Source: Oculina patagonica (lineage: Eukaryota). Taken from it: a stretch of 64,000 bases of DNA. The translations under genes were made by a program, and so were the position numbers. The stretch lies in assembly GCF_052425735.1 (NCBI RefSeq), contig NC_135766.1:24118001-24182000 (forward strand), in the 5' to 3' direction. The notes below the pieces were generated by a model, which saw nothing but the letters and a program-made list of their open reading frames with translations, was not told the DNA's origin and made no database searches. Shown in pieces: positions 63,010 to 64,000 of the stretch. Every line of letters begins with the position of its first letter. Position 1 is the first letter of the stretch.

Positions 63010-64000
63010 GTAAGATGTGATAAACCTTGGATCAATGCAAATAATACCTTTTACAAGCATACATAAATGCTAATTTTCTGTGAAGTACAAAATAATTAGA
63101 AGTATGTGCAGTGTTTTCAATAAGGCAGGTGAAAAGAGCCAGCATTGTGGCTCTACTTTGCTAAGAGAAGTTGGCTAAGTACTATTTTCCAAAATTGAAG
63201 TAATTAGAAAGTTTCTTTAAATTATTTGATTACTTTACTCAAATAAGTTTATCCTTATTCTCTGAGTTTTATTGTTAGATATGCTCACTTCTTCAGGAGT
63301 GGTCAAGGGGTGCATGCTAAGGCAGCAAAGCTATAGACCATGTATCATGATTATATCATTTAAAAGACATTTATGTCACTAATGAACTTTTGTAACCTTA
63401 TAATGCTAACCAAAATTCTTCAGTCTTAATTTTGCATTGAGCTTTACCAGAAACTTATTCAAATTCTAATTATCTAGACTAGTTAAATTGGTTTGCATAA
63501 CAATATTTAGATGTGCATGTTTTAAATAGTCTCTAAAATTGATAATTCATTGCTTGTTCCTACAGTTATGAAATCAATGAGTAAAACTTGCAATAAACCT
63601 TCAAAAGATAGGAATGTCGGTAAGACCTGATAAAGTTAAACTAAGTCAAACTAAACTTCAGTTCATCATAAAATAATAAAATAATAAATTTGCAATAAAG
63701 TGGTGCAAGAAAAAAGATACTTTTCTGAGCACAAACTTGAAAATCCGATCCCGTGTTACAAGAACTAACAATTATTAAAGTTTGAATGGAAACATGAAAT
63801 ATATTTTGCACACAGGCAAACTGGTACCTTGCAATAAATTGGAAATAAAATAAAAATTGGTGTATAAGAGTTAGGAACATGCATGGATTATTTGCATGAA
63901 TTTTGGTAAAAAAAAGGACTTGTATTAATTAAATAAATAAAAAATTCTAAAACTAACTTTCACTTGAAGATATTGAATACAAATGTAGGAACTGTTCAGT

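Overview
Repeat-rich animal genomic DNA with GT-AG introns and four N-gaps. A cnidarian/stony-coral origin is inferred from the MITE/SINE/Penelope repertoire and is not proven. The left half is a cluster of inward-rectifier K+ channel (Kir) genes. Two near-identical intronless Kir genes sit head-to-head in the arms of a ~16.5-kb palindrome (arms ~70-9216 and ~9720-16592, 0.5-kb spacer), followed by two 2-exon Kir paralogues and a partial duplicate abutting a gap. The right half holds: the last two exons of a SIRT6/7-like sirtuin; a complete 9-exon copper chaperone for SOD (CCS, minus strand, not recovered by the ORF track); a DEDD/DnaQ-like exonuclease whose ATG is only 85 bp from the CCS ATG; and the 5' part of diacylglycerol kinase theta with a 2.8-kb polypyrimidine minisatellite in an intron. 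Most notable: (1) the Kir palindrome, with mosaic arm divergence suggesting gene conversion and arm-specific transposon insertions/footprints; (2) Gly at the Kir rectification-controller site in the palindromic pair; (3) minimal hammerhead ribozymes of Penelope origin inside CCS introns; (4) a CCS whose SOD-like domain lost a different Cu ligand than mammalian CCS. All alignments were done by eye.
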